Origin: an uncultured Pseudomonadota bacterium
Lineage (GTDB): Bacteria; Oederibacteriota; Muellerivitia; Muellerivitales; Muellerivitaceae
Assembly (NCBI GenBank): GCA_963836235.1
Contig: CAWIIP010000004.1
Location: forward strand, 256,001 to 320,000
Length of the DNA stretch: 64,000 bases
Reading direction: 5' to 3'
Below are positions 1-10,754 of the stretch, one piece after another. The first letter of the stretch is position 1; each line of letters opens with the position of its first letter. Position numbers and translations under genes: made by a program. The notes under the pieces are model-generated. The model searched no databases. It saw only the letters and a program-made list of their open reading frames with translations, and had not been told where the DNA came from.

Positions 1-142
1 AGAGGCAGAAAAACAAGCTATTCGGAGCGTTCTTAAGTCCACCAAGGGAAATAAGAGCCAAGCCTCCAAAATCCTCAAAACGGACTATAAGACTCTTCAT
101 GTCAAGATCAAGAAATACGGTCTGAAAGCCTCCGAAGAATAA
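1..142 (+). CDS. 3' end of a sigma54-dependent enhancer-binding regulator (NtrC/Fis-type HTH); partial
   Basis: Frame 2 translates EAEKQAIRSVLKSTKGNKSQASKILKTDYKTLHVKIKKYGL, a typical Fis-type HTH tail (GNKSQA-x-IL...TL--KIKKYGL); stop ends at 142. Confidence 0.85.
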   Translation, partial: EAEKQAIRSVLKSTKGNKSQASKILKTDYKTLHVKIKKYGLKASEE

Positions 143-200
143 AAGCGTCAAATTAAACACGAATGATCCTTCCGGACGTCGCTGCCTATGGCATGGCCAC

Positions 201-218
201 TATGGCGTTAACGCCATA
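201..218. promoter_or_regulatory. Putative bEBP upstream activator site TATGGC-N6-GCCATA (copy 1)
   Basis: Perfect palindrome TATGGCGTTAACGCCATA with an extra half-site upstream; 61 bp from the GG of a sigma54 promoter. Confidence 0.8.
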
Positions 219-277
219 GTTCCCGCTTTTTCCCCAAGTCCCTCTTCCAAAACACCCTGTTTTTAACCATTTTTCAG

Positions 278-293
278 CGGCATTGTCTTTGCT
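278..293 (+). promoter_or_regulatory. sigma54 -24/-12 promoter for the response regulator-crp operon
   Basis: CGGCATTGTCTTTGCT = GG-N10-GC. Confidence 0.75.
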
Positions 294-343
294 TTATACC
301 CAATAGAAGTTATCCAGTTTTCCAGAAAGCAAGGACCTTCAAC

Positions 344-748
344 ATGCTGAACGAACCCATTCTTATCGTGGACGATAATTTGATGAACCTGAAACTCGAG
401 AAAAGACTCCTAGAAGCGGAGAAATATCAGGTGCTCACGGCGCAAAACGCTGAAGAGACCATAAAGCTCCTGGAGTTTTTCCACCCTCGGCTGATCCTGA
501 TGGATTTTCAATTGCCGGGTTTGGATGGCGTGGAACTTACCAAAAAAATAAGGTCAAATCCCGAATACCGGAAAATGGTCATCTTGATGGTGACCTCTAA
601 CGACCAGCAGGGAGACGAAGCCAAGGCAAAAGCCGCGGGATGCGATGGTTACCTGCTCAAGCCCATCGATACCCAGGCTTTGCCGGCCATTATCGCAGGT
701 TATTTGAGGGATGGGCATGGCACCGGCCAATCCGGGAACAAAAAATAA
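344..748 (+). CDS. Single-domain response regulator (CheY/DivK-like receiver)
   Basis: ILIVDDN, LILMD-x-QLPGLDG, GCDGYLLKPID motifs. Confidence 0.9.
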   Translation: MLNEPILIVDDNLMNLKLEKRLLEAEKYQVLTAQNAEETIKLLEFFHPRLILMDFQLPGLDGVELTKKIRSNPEYRKMVILMVTSNDQQGDEAKAKAAGCDGYLLKPIDTQALPAIIAGYLRDGHGTGQSGNKK

Positions 749-790
749 TCAATCGAAAGCAGCCTGGAATATTTTGGCAAGGAGGACAAT

Positions 791-1489
791 ATGCTGACTA
801 TCAACAAGAACCGGACGACCTCATTTTCGGCAACGCCCCGCAGTTTTCTCGCCACGACGAATATCTTTAAAGCCGTTCCCGTTGAGGCTTTGAGGGAAAT
901 TGAGCGCCGAGTGGTTGAGAAAAAATTCCTCAAGGGCGCGTCTCTTTTTCTGGAAGGCGATCCGGCCCAATATGTGTGGTTTGTCAAGGAAGGACATGTG
1001 AAGGCGGTCATCAACGCCCCCAATGGGCGCTGCCAGACCCTTTGCATGGTGGGCCCCCAAAATATGTTTGGCTCCTGCTGTTCTTTAAACGGGAACGCCT
1101 ACACTTGCAATGGGGTTGCCGAAACCGATGTCACCGTTGTTTCTTTCCCCCTGTCCGATTTCCTCGCTTTGATGGGGCGCTATCCCCAAATTTCCCTGGC
1201 CGTGGTGGCGCATGTTTCCAAGCGCCTACGTCATTCCAAGGACATGCAAGCCTTCGAACAGGAAAGCGTCGAAAAGCGAATCCTGCATGTTTTGGTGGAT
1301 ATGGTGGGGGAATTCGGGAACACCATACCTTTGACCCGCCGGGAGATCGCGGAAATGGCCGGCACGACCGTGGAAACTTCCATACGCACCTTTTCCAGGC
1401 TGGAGGGGGAGGGGCTGGTTTCCACCGTTCGCGGGAAAATCACCGTTAAAAGCCTTCAAGTCTTGAACGACTATTTGGAAAAGGAGTGA
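791..1489 (+). CDS. Crp/Fnr-family transcription regulator with Cys-rich effector domain (paralogue 1)
   Basis: cNMP-like beta-roll (LFLEGDPA...G-x-VK) and HTH LTRREIAEMAGTTVETSIRTFSRL. Confidence 0.92.
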   Translation: MLTINKNRTTSFSATPRSFLATTNIFKAVPVEALREIERRVVEKKFLKGASLFLEGDPAQYVWFVKEGHVKAVINAPNGRCQTLCMVGPQNMFGSCCSLNGNAYTCNGVAETDVTVVSFPLSDFLALMGRYPQISLAVVAHVSKRLRHSKDMQAFEQESVEKRILHVLVDMVGEFGNTIPLTRREIAEMAGTTVETSIRTFSRLEGEGLVSTVRGKITVKSLQVLNDYLEKE

Positions 1490-1674
1490 TGATGGGCTCT
1501 TGGAACCGGAAAGCAAAAACCGACCGTCAGGGCAAAAAACGTTCCGCATTGAAAGGTCTCCTGCGATTCGAGAAAACCGTGCCGGTTTATTCGCCTAAAC
1601 CGGAGGCCGTAAACCCGCTCTTCTATATCGCCTATTCGGCCGAATTTCCGAAACCGGCCTTCAAGCACGCATAA
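1486..1674 (+). CDS. Small hypothetical protein
   Basis: Overlaps the crp stop and is followed closely by the next RBS; no recognisable motif. Confidence 0.35.
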   Translation: MMMGSWNRKAKTDRQGKKRSALKGLLRFEKTVPVYSPKPEAVNPLFYIAYSAEFPKPAFKHA

Positions 1675-1683
1675 GAGGGACCC

Positions 1684-1992
1684 ATGACTGAACCTCAGAG
1701 CGGTTTGTGGGACAGGATGATCCAGCACCTGCGGGATTATGACCACCGAAGCCTTTCCTTCCACGGTTTAGTTTATCACCTGAAAAAAACGGTCGAAGTC
1801 GTGGAACTCGAGGAAGGGGAATTCTTGCGGGGTTGGCGCGGGGTTTGGAACCCTCTCGCGGAAATCGTCCGTCAAAATCCCGCGGCGGATGTCGACCCCA
1901 TGGAAGTCCAGCCCCGGGTCGAACATCTGCGGACCTTTTTAATTTTCGGAAAAAGTAAATACTCCCCCAAGAACCCTTTCGCGCAACCCTAG
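1684..1992 (+). CDS. Hypothetical protein
   Basis: 102-aa ORF with AGAGGGA RBS, operon orientation. Confidence 0.55.
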   Translation: MTEPQSGLWDRMIQHLRDYDHRSLSFHGLVYHLKKTVEVVELEEGEFLRGWRGVWNPLAEIVRQNPAADVDPMEVQPRVEHLRTFLIFGKSKYSPKNPFAQP

Positions 1993-2049
1993 AAGGCCGC
2001 GGGAAAAACGAAAATCCAAAAAACCTACCCTAAATTGAATCTTGAGTTT

Positions 2050-2063
2050 ATGACAGGGATCAT
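2050..2063 (+). promoter_or_regulatory. Crp/Fnr-type box ATGA-N6-TCAT
   Basis: ATGACAGGGATCAT; -10 TAGGTT at 2086-2091. Confidence 0.8.
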
Positions 2064-2120
2064 GGCGGCCTTTTTCAAAGGGCGATAGGTTAAAGCCGTG
2101 AGATCCTAAAGGAGAGACCC

Positions 2121-2420
2121 ATGAAGCCAAGTCTAACGGGTAAAAAAACCGATTGGGTCCAAACGCTGAAACCGGGCGATGAAATCACCTTGGATATGAC
2201 GGCGCTGGTCGAAAATGGGCTTGAACCCATGTCGGCTGTTTTGGAGACGGTGGAGGACATGAGGCCTTGCCAATGCCTCCATGTGGTTTTCTGCCATGAA
2301 CCGCTTGTTCTTTGCAAGGCGTTGGAGGAAAGGGGTTTTGAACATTACGCCCAATGCAGGAAGGGTGTTTGGGACATCTACTTTAGGCAAAAGGATTGCC
2401 CCTGCCCCGGACACTTTTAA
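2121..2420 (+). CDS. DUF2249-like small protein (SirA/TusA-like fold)
   Basis: LD...GLEPM..VLE...HEP..L...LEERGF...W.IYF pattern. Confidence 0.7.
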   Translation: MKPSLTGKKTDWVQTLKPGDEITLDMTALVENGLEPMSAVLETVEDMRPCQCLHVVFCHEPLVLCKALEERGFEHYAQCRKGVWDIYFRQKDCPCPGHF

Positions 2421-2467
2421 TAAAAATGTTTTTGCCTTAAGTGAAGGTTTTTTTAAGGAGGTCAGTC

Positions 2468-2986
2468 ATGAAAAAGTTATTTTTTCTTTTGGCTTTAATT
2501 CTGGCGGTGGGACCCGTCTTGGCGGATGATTTGCATCCGGTGGCGCAGGACCAAGCCATCCAGCAATACCAAGATTTCTGGAAAACCGAGACGCCTGATC
2601 CGATGAATCATATCGTTTGGAAGCTTTATGTTTACCGGGCAATTCCGCCAGCCGCAAATCCCAAAAGCGCTTTGGAGTTCCTCGTTGGCGGATTGTCTCC
2701 CTACCACAATTATTATGTCCGGCTTAATATCAACCAATTGTACAACTTCCTGCATCCCCTTCCGCAAAGGGGGGATGTCATTGTGGTGAGCGGCCGAGTC
2801 CGCGACCACCGGGATTACCACGCGACTCTCCCGAAGAAGGAAGTGATTTTAAAGAGCCTTACCCTGGATTTGGACGACGCGAACGCCGTGCCTAACGAAC
2901 ATTTTGACCCTTCGGTGTGGCCCAGCCCCACGCCTGGGGCCGCCCCAGCAGTTTCACCCGCGGTCGGCAATCCAACCTCGCGTTGA
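2468..2986 (+). CDS. Secreted hypothetical protein
   Basis: AAGGAGG RBS; signal peptide MKKLFFLLALILAVGPVLA; Pro-rich tail. Confidence 0.7.
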   Translation: MKKLFFLLALILAVGPVLADDLHPVAQDQAIQQYQDFWKTETPDPMNHIVWKLYVYRAIPPAANPKSALEFLVGGLSPYHNYYVRLNINQLYNFLHPLPQRGDVIVVSGRVRDHRDYHATLPKKEVILKSLTLDLDDANAVPNEHFDPSVWPSPTPGAAPAVSPAVGNPTSR

Positions 2987-3086
2987 ATCTGTTATGGATC
3001 GTAAACGAAAATAAGACTTTTCTTTAGCATGAATCTTAAAAGGGGAGGCGTTCGCCTCCCCTAAAAATAAAACCATGGAGGAAGAA

Positions 3087-3212
3087 ATGAAAAAAGTTAA
3101 AGCGAGAGCTAAAAAAGTTTATAAAGCCTGCGCTGGATGCGGTGGAAAAATATTGAAAAGCAAGGGAATGATGTCGCGTGGCAAGTTTTATTGCTGTGCG
3201 GGTTGCAAATAA
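3087..3212 (+). CDS. 41-aa Cys-rich putative metal-binding peptide (CxxC...YCCxxC)
   Basis: GGAGG RBS; MKKVKARAKKVYKACAGCGGKILKSKGMMSRGKFYCCAGCK; not in the ORF track. Confidence 0.7.
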   Translation: MKKVKARAKKVYKACAGCGGKILKSKGMMSRGKFYCCAGCK

Positions 3213-3263
3213 CCTGCGAGTGAAATTTTGAGGGGAGAGGTCCCTTGGCCGAAGGAAGAGTTA

Positions 3264-3623
3264 ATGAACACTATTTTATGGATTTTACAATTTTTGTTAG
3301 CTGGAATCTTTCTGTGGGACGGTTACCTTAAGTATTACAAGCCTGAAACGATGAAAGCGCAGGGCTTGGAGGATATGGGACTTCTCCTCTTCATCGGTTT
3401 ATGCGAGATGTTCGGGGCGGGGGGTTTACTTCTTCCCGCCCTCATGCGTGGGATTTCCTGGCTAATACCTTTGGCCGCATTGGGGATCGCCATGATCATG
3501 ATTCTTGCCGCCCGTTTCCGCCTAAAACGCCATGAAGCCAAGGCCGCCGGGCTCACCTTCCTCCTGCTGTTCCTGTCGGTTTTCGTGGCCTGTGGACGGT
3601 TCTTTCTTTCTCCGCTGGACTGA
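3264..3623 (+). CDS. DoxX-family membrane protein
   Basis: LWILQFLLAGIFL..G..K, FIGLCE..GA.GLLLP, LAALG..MIMI.A. Confidence 0.8.
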   Translation: MNTILWILQFLLAGIFLWDGYLKYYKPETMKAQGLEDMGLLLFIGLCEMFGAGGLLLPALMRGISWLIPLAALGIAMIMILAARFRLKRHEAKAAGLTFLLLFLSVFVACGRFFLSPLD

Positions 3624-3668
3624 AGAGGGCTGATAACGGGTATGATGATCCCCAATCGTCCTTGAGTT

Positions 3669-4328
3669 TTGGGGGCGGCTTCAGATCAACACGGGGTTTC
3701 TGTTTTGCTCGACTACTTGCAGTCCTTACTTACGCACTACGGTTATTCGGCCCTTTTCTTCGTGCTTTTCCTGAACAACCTCGGCATTCCCGCTCCCGGG
3801 ACTTCGATCCTTTTGGGGGCCGGTCTTTTCGTGGGGAAAGGGATTCTTTCTTTTTGGATGACGGTCGTCACCGCCACGGCAGCCTGTTTCCTGGGAAGCA
3901 ATTGCGGTTATTGGCTGGGCCTGAGGTTTGGACTCCCTCTTTTGGGCAAGATCCATTGGCTCCACCTCACCCATCAACGGATCAAGCATATGGAACGGTT
4001 TTTCAAAAGGTACGGACCAAAAGGTGTCTTCTTTGCCCGGTTCGTGGCCTTTCTTCATCCGCTCATCGGCCTTATGGCAGGCGTCGGAAAAACGCCGAAA
4101 GGTCCTTTCCTCATTTACAACCTTGCCGGTGCGGCGGTCTATAGCCTGCTTTATACCCTGGCGGGGAATTGGTTCGGGTCCAAATGGGGGCTCCATAATG
4201 TCTGGATGGTTCATATGAGCTCTTACATCCTTTTATTGGTGGTCGTCCTCATTCTCTTGAGTCTCTTTTGGCGCTATTCCATTCATAGTTTTTTGGGTTA
4301 TATATATTTCAAAAAAAGGCGCCGGTAG
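3669..4328 (+). CDS. DedA-family membrane protein
   Basis: GIPAPG, LGSNCGYWLG, FF.RYG...VFFARF; start uncertain. Confidence 0.85.
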   Translation: MGAASDQHGVSVLLDYLQSLLTHYGYSALFFVLFLNNLGIPAPGTSILLGAGLFVGKGILSFWMTVVTATAACFLGSNCGYWLGLRFGLPLLGKIHWLHLTHQRIKHMERFFKRYGPKGVFFARFVAFLHPLIGLMAGVGKTPKGPFLIYNLAGAAVYSLLYTLAGNWFGSKWGLHNVWMVHMSSYILLLVVVLILLSLFWRYSIHSFLGYIYFKKRRR

Positions 4329-4399
4329 TATCGGCCAGGTACCCCTTAGCATCCTACCGGGCATCCAAAGGGCTAAATAGGTTAAACTGTCGCTTCAAC

Positions 4400-4633
4400 C
4401 TATGGATCGTATTGGCTTTGGTTTTTTTTATTTCTTGAACCTTCTTTTTCCTCGTGGACTTCCAGGATGGGCTCGATCCTGGCAAACTCCTCAAGGGATA
4501 TCTGGTGGGGCTGGCCGCCGGAAACCTCAATCAAGCAGATGGGTTCTTCCGCCGAACTGGAGATGGCTGAAACCTGGTCGAGATTCAGCCATAAATTCTT
4601 ATTGTCGATCGTCTTGACGTGAATGAAGGGCAT
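4400..4633 (-). CDS. Small hypothetical protein
   Basis: GAGGAGAG RBS just after the SDR stop; WLNLDQVSAI. Confidence 0.55.
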   Translation of the reverse strand: MPFIHVKTIDNKNLWLNLDQVSAISSSAEEPICLIEVSGGQPHQISLEEFARIEPILEVHEEKEGSRNKKNQSQYDP

Positions 4634-4645
4634 GCTTTCTCCTCC

Positions 4646-5437
4646 TCAAGAAAGCAGCATTCCGCCGTCCACGACCACCAATGCGCCGGTCATGTAATTG
4701 GCGGCGCCGGAGGCCAGGAACAGCACCACTTTGGCGATGTCATCGGGAACCCCCATGCGCTTGAGGGGGATCCGGCTCATGAAACCGTCCATCATTTCCT
4801 TCATTTGGGCCGGCGTCATACCGCTTCCCGCCAGGGGTTGGGCGGTGCCTTCGGTGTTGATCCCGCCGGGCGCGATGGCGTTGACCAGGATGCCATGGGG
4901 GGCCACTTCCACCGCGAAGTTCTTGGTGAAACTCAGGACTCCGCCTTTGGAAGCGTCATAGGCCGCCAAGCCCACCATGGAAGGGTGGACGCTGTCGATC
5001 GAGGCGATGTTGATGATCCGGCCCCGGCTTTCCTGCTTCATCATTTGGAGCGCCGCTGCCTTGGACAGGAAGGCCATACCCCGAAGGTTGATGGCGTAAA
5101 CCTTGTCGAAGAGGGCGGAGTCCATTTTCAGCATCGGAACTTGGGGGTAAATACCAGCGTTGTTGACCAGAATATCCAGTTTCCCGAAATCACTCACGCA
5201 GGCCTTTACTGCCTTTTCCCAACTCTCGTCCTTGGATATATCCAGAGCCAGGGTCCGCACCTTTCCCTTTTTTAAGCGGTTTGGCACGTTCTCCAGGGCT
5301 TTTGGATTCACGTCAACCACCATCACTTCGGCACCCGCTTCCACCAACCGTTCGGTGATTCCGAATCCGATACCCAAGGCCCCGCCAGTGACAATGGCGG
5401 CTTTTCCTGTTATGTCAAAAGGATTTGTGTTTTCCAT
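4646..5437 (-). CDS. SDR-family NAD(P)-dependent oxidoreductase
   Basis: TGGALGIG, NNAG, YDASK catalytic motif. Confidence 0.95.
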   Translation of the reverse strand: MENTNPFDITGKAAIVTGGALGIGFGITERLVEAGAEVMVVDVNPKALENVPNRLKKGKVRTLALDISKDESWEKAVKACVSDFGKLDILVNNAGIYPQVPMLKMDSALFDKVYAINLRGMAFLSKAAALQMMKQESRGRIINIASIDSVHPSMVGLAAYDASKGGVLSFTKNFAVEVAPHGILVNAIAPGGINTEGTAQPLAGSGMTPAQMKEMMDGFMSRIPLKRMGVPDDIAKVVLFLASGAANYMTGALVVVDGGMLLS

Positions 5438-5503
5438 GACCGACCTCCAAACAATATGCTTTCAACTTATTTATTAGGATGCACCCAGAATAATTTTGCC
5501 GCT

Positions 5504-5517
5504 ATGACAGGGGTCAT
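5504..5517 (-). promoter_or_regulatory. Crp/Fnr-type box (SDR promoter)
   Basis: ATGACAGGGGTCAT; minus-strand -10 CATCCT at 5481-5476. Confidence 0.8.
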
Positions 5518-5552
5518 GTTGCGGACTACCGAATCCCGAACTTTGAAATTAT

Positions 5553-5566
5553 ATGAGCCCTGTCAT
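5553..5566 (+). promoter_or_regulatory. Crp/Fnr-type box (ric promoter)
   Basis: ATGAGCCCTGTCAT; -10 GATAAT at 5589-5594. Confidence 0.8.
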
Positions 5567-5642
5567 GCGTGAAATCTCAAGGAATAAAGATAATGATTAA
5601 TCAATAGGGGAAAGAGGGGCCTTGGGTTGAAGGAGGAGTGAA

Positions 5643-6377
5643 ATGAAAGTCGATCCAGCCCAGGCGGTGGGGCAAATCGCCGTCGAATTCAAGGAAGCCA
5701 TTCCTGTTTTCGAAAAATTCAACATCAATTATTATAGCGAAGGCAATAGGACTTTGCGGGAAGCCTGCTATATCGCGGGTGTGCCGATGGAGAACATCGC
5801 GGCGGCCTTGGAAGAAGTCCAGCACCGCCACCAGGAATGGTACAAGCAGGAACCGGACTGGTGGAATGAGTCCATGGCGGATTTGATCGTCTATATCGTG
5901 GGCGTCCACCACGTTTATACCCGTGGGCAACTGAACCGAATCGAGGAAATGCTGGATGCCCTGACGGCGAAGAAGGGCAAGTCGAACCCCGAGCTGATCG
6001 CCGTCCGGCGTCTTTTCCTGAAGATGGCCGAGGACTTGCGGGTCCACCTGTTGCGGGAGGAGGAAACGGTGTTCCCCTACTTGATCCAAGCCGAAAGGGC
6101 GGTACAGCGCAATGAGCCCATCCCCCGCCCCTTCACGGGTTACAACAGTTTTACCCATCCCATCCGCGCCCTGCTCTTTGAGCACGGTATGATGGACCGG
6201 GAATGGAGGGACATCGTGCAATTGACCCATCATTTCGAGCCGCCCGCCTCCCAGCGTAAAATGCTGCGCCCCCTCTATGAGGCCATGAAGGAACTGGAAA
6301 AGGACGACGAAAAGCACATCCACCTGGAAAATAATATCTTGCTCAAGAAGGCCACCCAAATGGGCCTGTTGGATTAG
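5643..6377 (+). CDS. ric: Iron-sulfur cluster repair di-iron protein (Ric/YtfE/ScdA family)
   Basis: ScdA-like N-domain, HH.Y.R, H...EE..FP, EH and HIHLENNIL di-iron motifs. Confidence 0.88.
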   Translation: MKVDPAQAVGQIAVEFKEAIPVFEKFNINYYSEGNRTLREACYIAGVPMENIAAALEEVQHRHQEWYKQEPDWWNESMADLIVYIVGVHHVYTRGQLNRIEEMLDALTAKKGKSNPELIAVRRLFLKMAEDLRVHLLREEETVFPYLIQAERAVQRNEPIPRPFTGYNSFTHPIRALLFEHGMMDREWRDIVQLTHHFEPPASQRKMLRPLYEAMKELEKDDEKHIHLENNILLKKATQMGLLD

Positions 6378-6562
6378 TGCGTACCGCTACCAGCCAGCAC
6401 GTTGTTAAAGGATTTTCCACTTGCAGGATTTGGTAATAGATTTTCCCATTTCTTTCGATCGAGGGCCCGACTTTTAGCATGATCCATAAAGGACGCTGGG
6501 TTGTGGAGGCCCTTTTTCCATGGTTCCCCGGCGCACCCGGTCCTCCGGTTCCCGAAGGGAAA

Positions 6563-6817
6563 TCACTTAAACTTTTCTGCAAAGAGGTTATAAAGCCAGG
6601 CGAAGAGAACTCCGCCGATTCCCCCGTCCACCAGGGCGTAAACCAGACCGATCAGGCTTCCCATGGGGCTTATGTTGTAACCCCGGTAAATATGCCCAAT
6701 TCCAAAGAGGCCGTGGGTCGGCCCCTCAAAAAGAATGACCCACCAAGTCAGGAAGAAAAGCCCTACCCCCCATATTAAACTAAAAGTTAAACCGAATGCT
6801 TTGATGTTTAGCCTCAT
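6563..6817 (-). CDS. Small membrane protein (family often annotated 'bacteriophage holin')
   Basis: LNIKAFGL..WG...Y.GY..S..GSLIGLVYALVDG.IGG..FAWLYN. Confidence 0.65.
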   Translation of the reverse strand: MRLNIKAFGLTFSLIWGVGLFFLTWWVILFEGPTHGLFGIGHIYRGYNISPMGSLIGLVYALVDGGIGGVLFAWLYNLFAEKFK

Positions 6818-6903
6818 CGCATACTCCTTGAAACGAAAATTACGGACCCAGTTTGTTCCAACGGCTTCTCCGCTAAAGGTACTTTAATAATTACGAGGAG
6901 ATT

Positions 6904-6917
6904 ATGATCGCTGTCAC
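6904..6917 (+). promoter_or_regulatory. Crp/Fnr-type box (N-ATPase promoter)
   Basis: ATGATCGCTGTCAC (1 mismatch); -10 TATCCT at 6940-6945. Confidence 0.75.
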
Positions 6918-6955
6918 ATCCATGGCATGGCATGGGAATTATCCTGGGACGGTAG

Positions 6956-8744
<1,789 letters not shown>

Positions 8745-8748
<4 letters not shown>

Positions 8749-9032
8749 CGCCCCCCAAGGACGTGGAAAAACTCCAGACCCAAGTCCGCAAGGATGTTTC
8801 CCGGATCAAGGGGGCCGAAAAGAACCGGCCCACCTTGCTGGCCCAAACCGCCTACCTGGGAACCTTAGGGATCGTCATCGCCCTGCCCATCGTGGCGGGG
8901 GCCTATCTAGGACATTGGCTAGATGAGAAACTTTCCGGGTTTTCCTTCAGTTGGACGGTCTGCCTGATCGTCCTGGGGGTCTTTATCGGCGCGACCAACG
9001 CCTATTTCTTCATCCGGAGGGGGGAATCATGA
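8745..9032 (+). CDS. atpQ: N-ATPase AtpQ (AtpZ/AtpI-like) subunit
   Basis: LGTLG..IALP..AGAYLG.WLD; position in the DCQBEFAG order. Confidence 0.8.
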
Positions 9033-9724
9033 TGTCCACCGGCCTCTTTCAAGGTGTTCTCATTCATATTGGGGTTTTTCAAATCACCGGAAGCCTGGTG
9101 GTGACTTGGCTGATTATGGCCGTCCTCGCGGTGGCCGCTTGGGCCATGACCCGCCGGTTGAAGGACAGCCCCGGAAGCCTCCAGGCCGCCCTTGAGGCCG
9201 TGGTGACCTTGATCGAGGACGCGATCGAGGAGGTTTTGCCCGGCAAATCCAAGCTGGTTTTTCCCTTTGTGGCCACCTTGTGGATCTTCATCGGCCTGGC
9301 CAACCTGATCGGCCTGTTGCCGGGCTTCAGTTCCCCCACCGGCGACCTTTCGGTGACCGCAAGCCTCGCCTGCCTGGTTTTCCTCTCGGTCCATTGGTTC
9401 GGCATCCGGTCGGAGGGCTGGCTGGGGTACCTGAAACACTATACGAGCCCCAGCCCCGTCCTGATTCCCTTCGAGTTGATCAGCGAGTTTTCCAGGACCT
9501 TAGCCCTGGCGGTCAGGCTTTTCGGCAACGTGATGAGCCTGCAGATGGCGGCGGCCTTGGTGCTGATGGTGGCGGGGTTCCTGGTTCCCATACCGCTCTT
9601 AATGCTTCACATCATCGAGGCTGTGATTCAAGCATACCTCTTCGGGATGCTTGCCTTGATTTACATCGCCGGGGGTATTCAATCGCAGGAACTCCGGCAT
9701 CAAAAAGAAGGAGGAAAATCATGA
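9029..9724 (+). CDS. atpB: Fo subunit a
   Basis: SRTLALAVRLFGN with conserved Arg; IQAYLF. Confidence 0.95.
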   Translation: MMSTGLFQGVLIHIGVFQITGSLVVTWLIMAVLAVAAWAMTRRLKDSPGSLQAALEAVVTLIEDAIEEVLPGKSKLVFPFVATLWIFIGLANLIGLLPGFSSPTGDLSVTASLACLVFLSVHWFGIRSEGWLGYLKHYTSPSPVLIPFELISEFSRTLALAVRLFGNVMSLQMAAALVLMVAGFLVPIPLLMLHIIEAVIQAYLFGMLALIYIAGGIQSQELRHQKEGGKS

Positions 9725-9990
9725 ATGGAATGACATGGGTTGTCGTCGTCTCAACGGTGGTGGCGGGGTTTGGAATCGCCCTGGGGGCGATGTTTCCGGC
9801 CCTGGCCATGGGAAAAGCCATCAGCCAGGCGCTGGACGCCCTCTCAAGGCAGCCGGAAGCGGAAAAGTCGATCACCCGAACTTTGTTCGTGGGATTGGCC
9901 ATGATCGAGTCGCTGACCATCTATTGCCTGGTGGTGGTGCTCATCATCCTTTTCCGCAACCCCCTGCTCCAGTACCTGCTGAAGCCGTAG
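9721..9990 (+). CDS. atpE: Fo subunit c
   Basis: RQPEA loop, LAMIESLTIY. Confidence 0.95.
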   Translation: MNGMTWVVVVSTVVAGFGIALGAMFPALAMGKAISQALDALSRQPEAEKSITRTLFVGLAMIESLTIYCLVVVLIILFRNPLLQYLLKP

Positions 9991-10007
9991 GAAAAGCGAG
10001 GCCCTTC

Positions 10008-10754
10008 ATGGAATTTAATTGGACGACCTTTCTCTTGGAAACGGTCAATTTCCTGGTCCTGGTTTGGATCCTGGAGCGGTTTTTTTACGCCCCGGTGAAG
10101 CGCATCATCGCCGAAAGGCGGGGCGCGATCGAGAAAAAAATCGAGGACGCCGAAAAAACCCGGACCGACGCCGATGAACTGCGCTTGAAGTACGAAAACC
10201 GCCTGAAGGACTGGGAACAGGAAAAGGCCCGTCAAAGGGAAGACTTCCAAAAGGTAATGGATGAGGAGAAGAACCGGCAAATGAAACTGTTGAAGGATTC
10301 CCTTGGAAAGGAAAAAGAAAGGGTGGAAGCCAGGGAACAAAAGCGACTTTCCGAAATTCTGGAAAAAAATGAAAGGGAAGCCGTCCGGCAGTCCTTGAAA
10401 TTCCTCTCCCGCATTTTGGAGGCTTTGGCGTGCCCGGAAATCGAGTTAAAAATGATCGAGTTCACCCTGAGAGCCATTTCCGATAAGGACTCCAAGGAAG
10501 CCGGGTTGATTCGTTCGGGTTTCGCAGGCACCGGAACCGAAGTGGCGGTCAAATCCGCTTTTGTTTTGAACGAGGATTGGAGGAACCGGCTGGCGCAAGC
10601 CTTGAAGGCGGCCTTGGGGAGGGAAGTGAAAGTGCTTTTCGCGACGGCGCCGGAGCTTCTCGCCGGGCTCGAAGTGACTTGCGGTTCGGTGGTTTTACAG
10701 GCCAACCTGCGGGACGAATTGCGGGCTTTCGAGGGGGAGAGCGGCCATGAATGA
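10008..10754 (+). CDS. atpF: Fo subunit b with delta-like C-terminal extension
   Basis: [25 protein letters not shown], coiled coil, PELLAGLE tail. Confidence 0.9.
   Translation: MEFNWTTFLLETVNFLVLVWILERFFYAPVKRIIAERRGAIEKKIEDAEKTRTDADELRLKYENRLKDWEQEKARQREDFQKVMDEEKNRQMKLLKDSLGKEKERVEAREQKRLSEILEKNEREAVRQSLKFLSRILEALACPEIELKMIEFTLRAISDKDSKEAGLIRSGFAGTGTEVAVKSAFVLNEDWRNRLAQALKAALGREVKVLFATAPELLAGLEVTCGSVVLQANLRDELRAFEGESGHE

Noticed and set aside
3642-3655. Regulon box ATGATGATCCCCAA
   Set aside because: Two mismatches and no properly placed -10.
6563-6817. Prophage, from the holin-like gene
   Set aside because: No endolysin, structural or integrase genes nearby.
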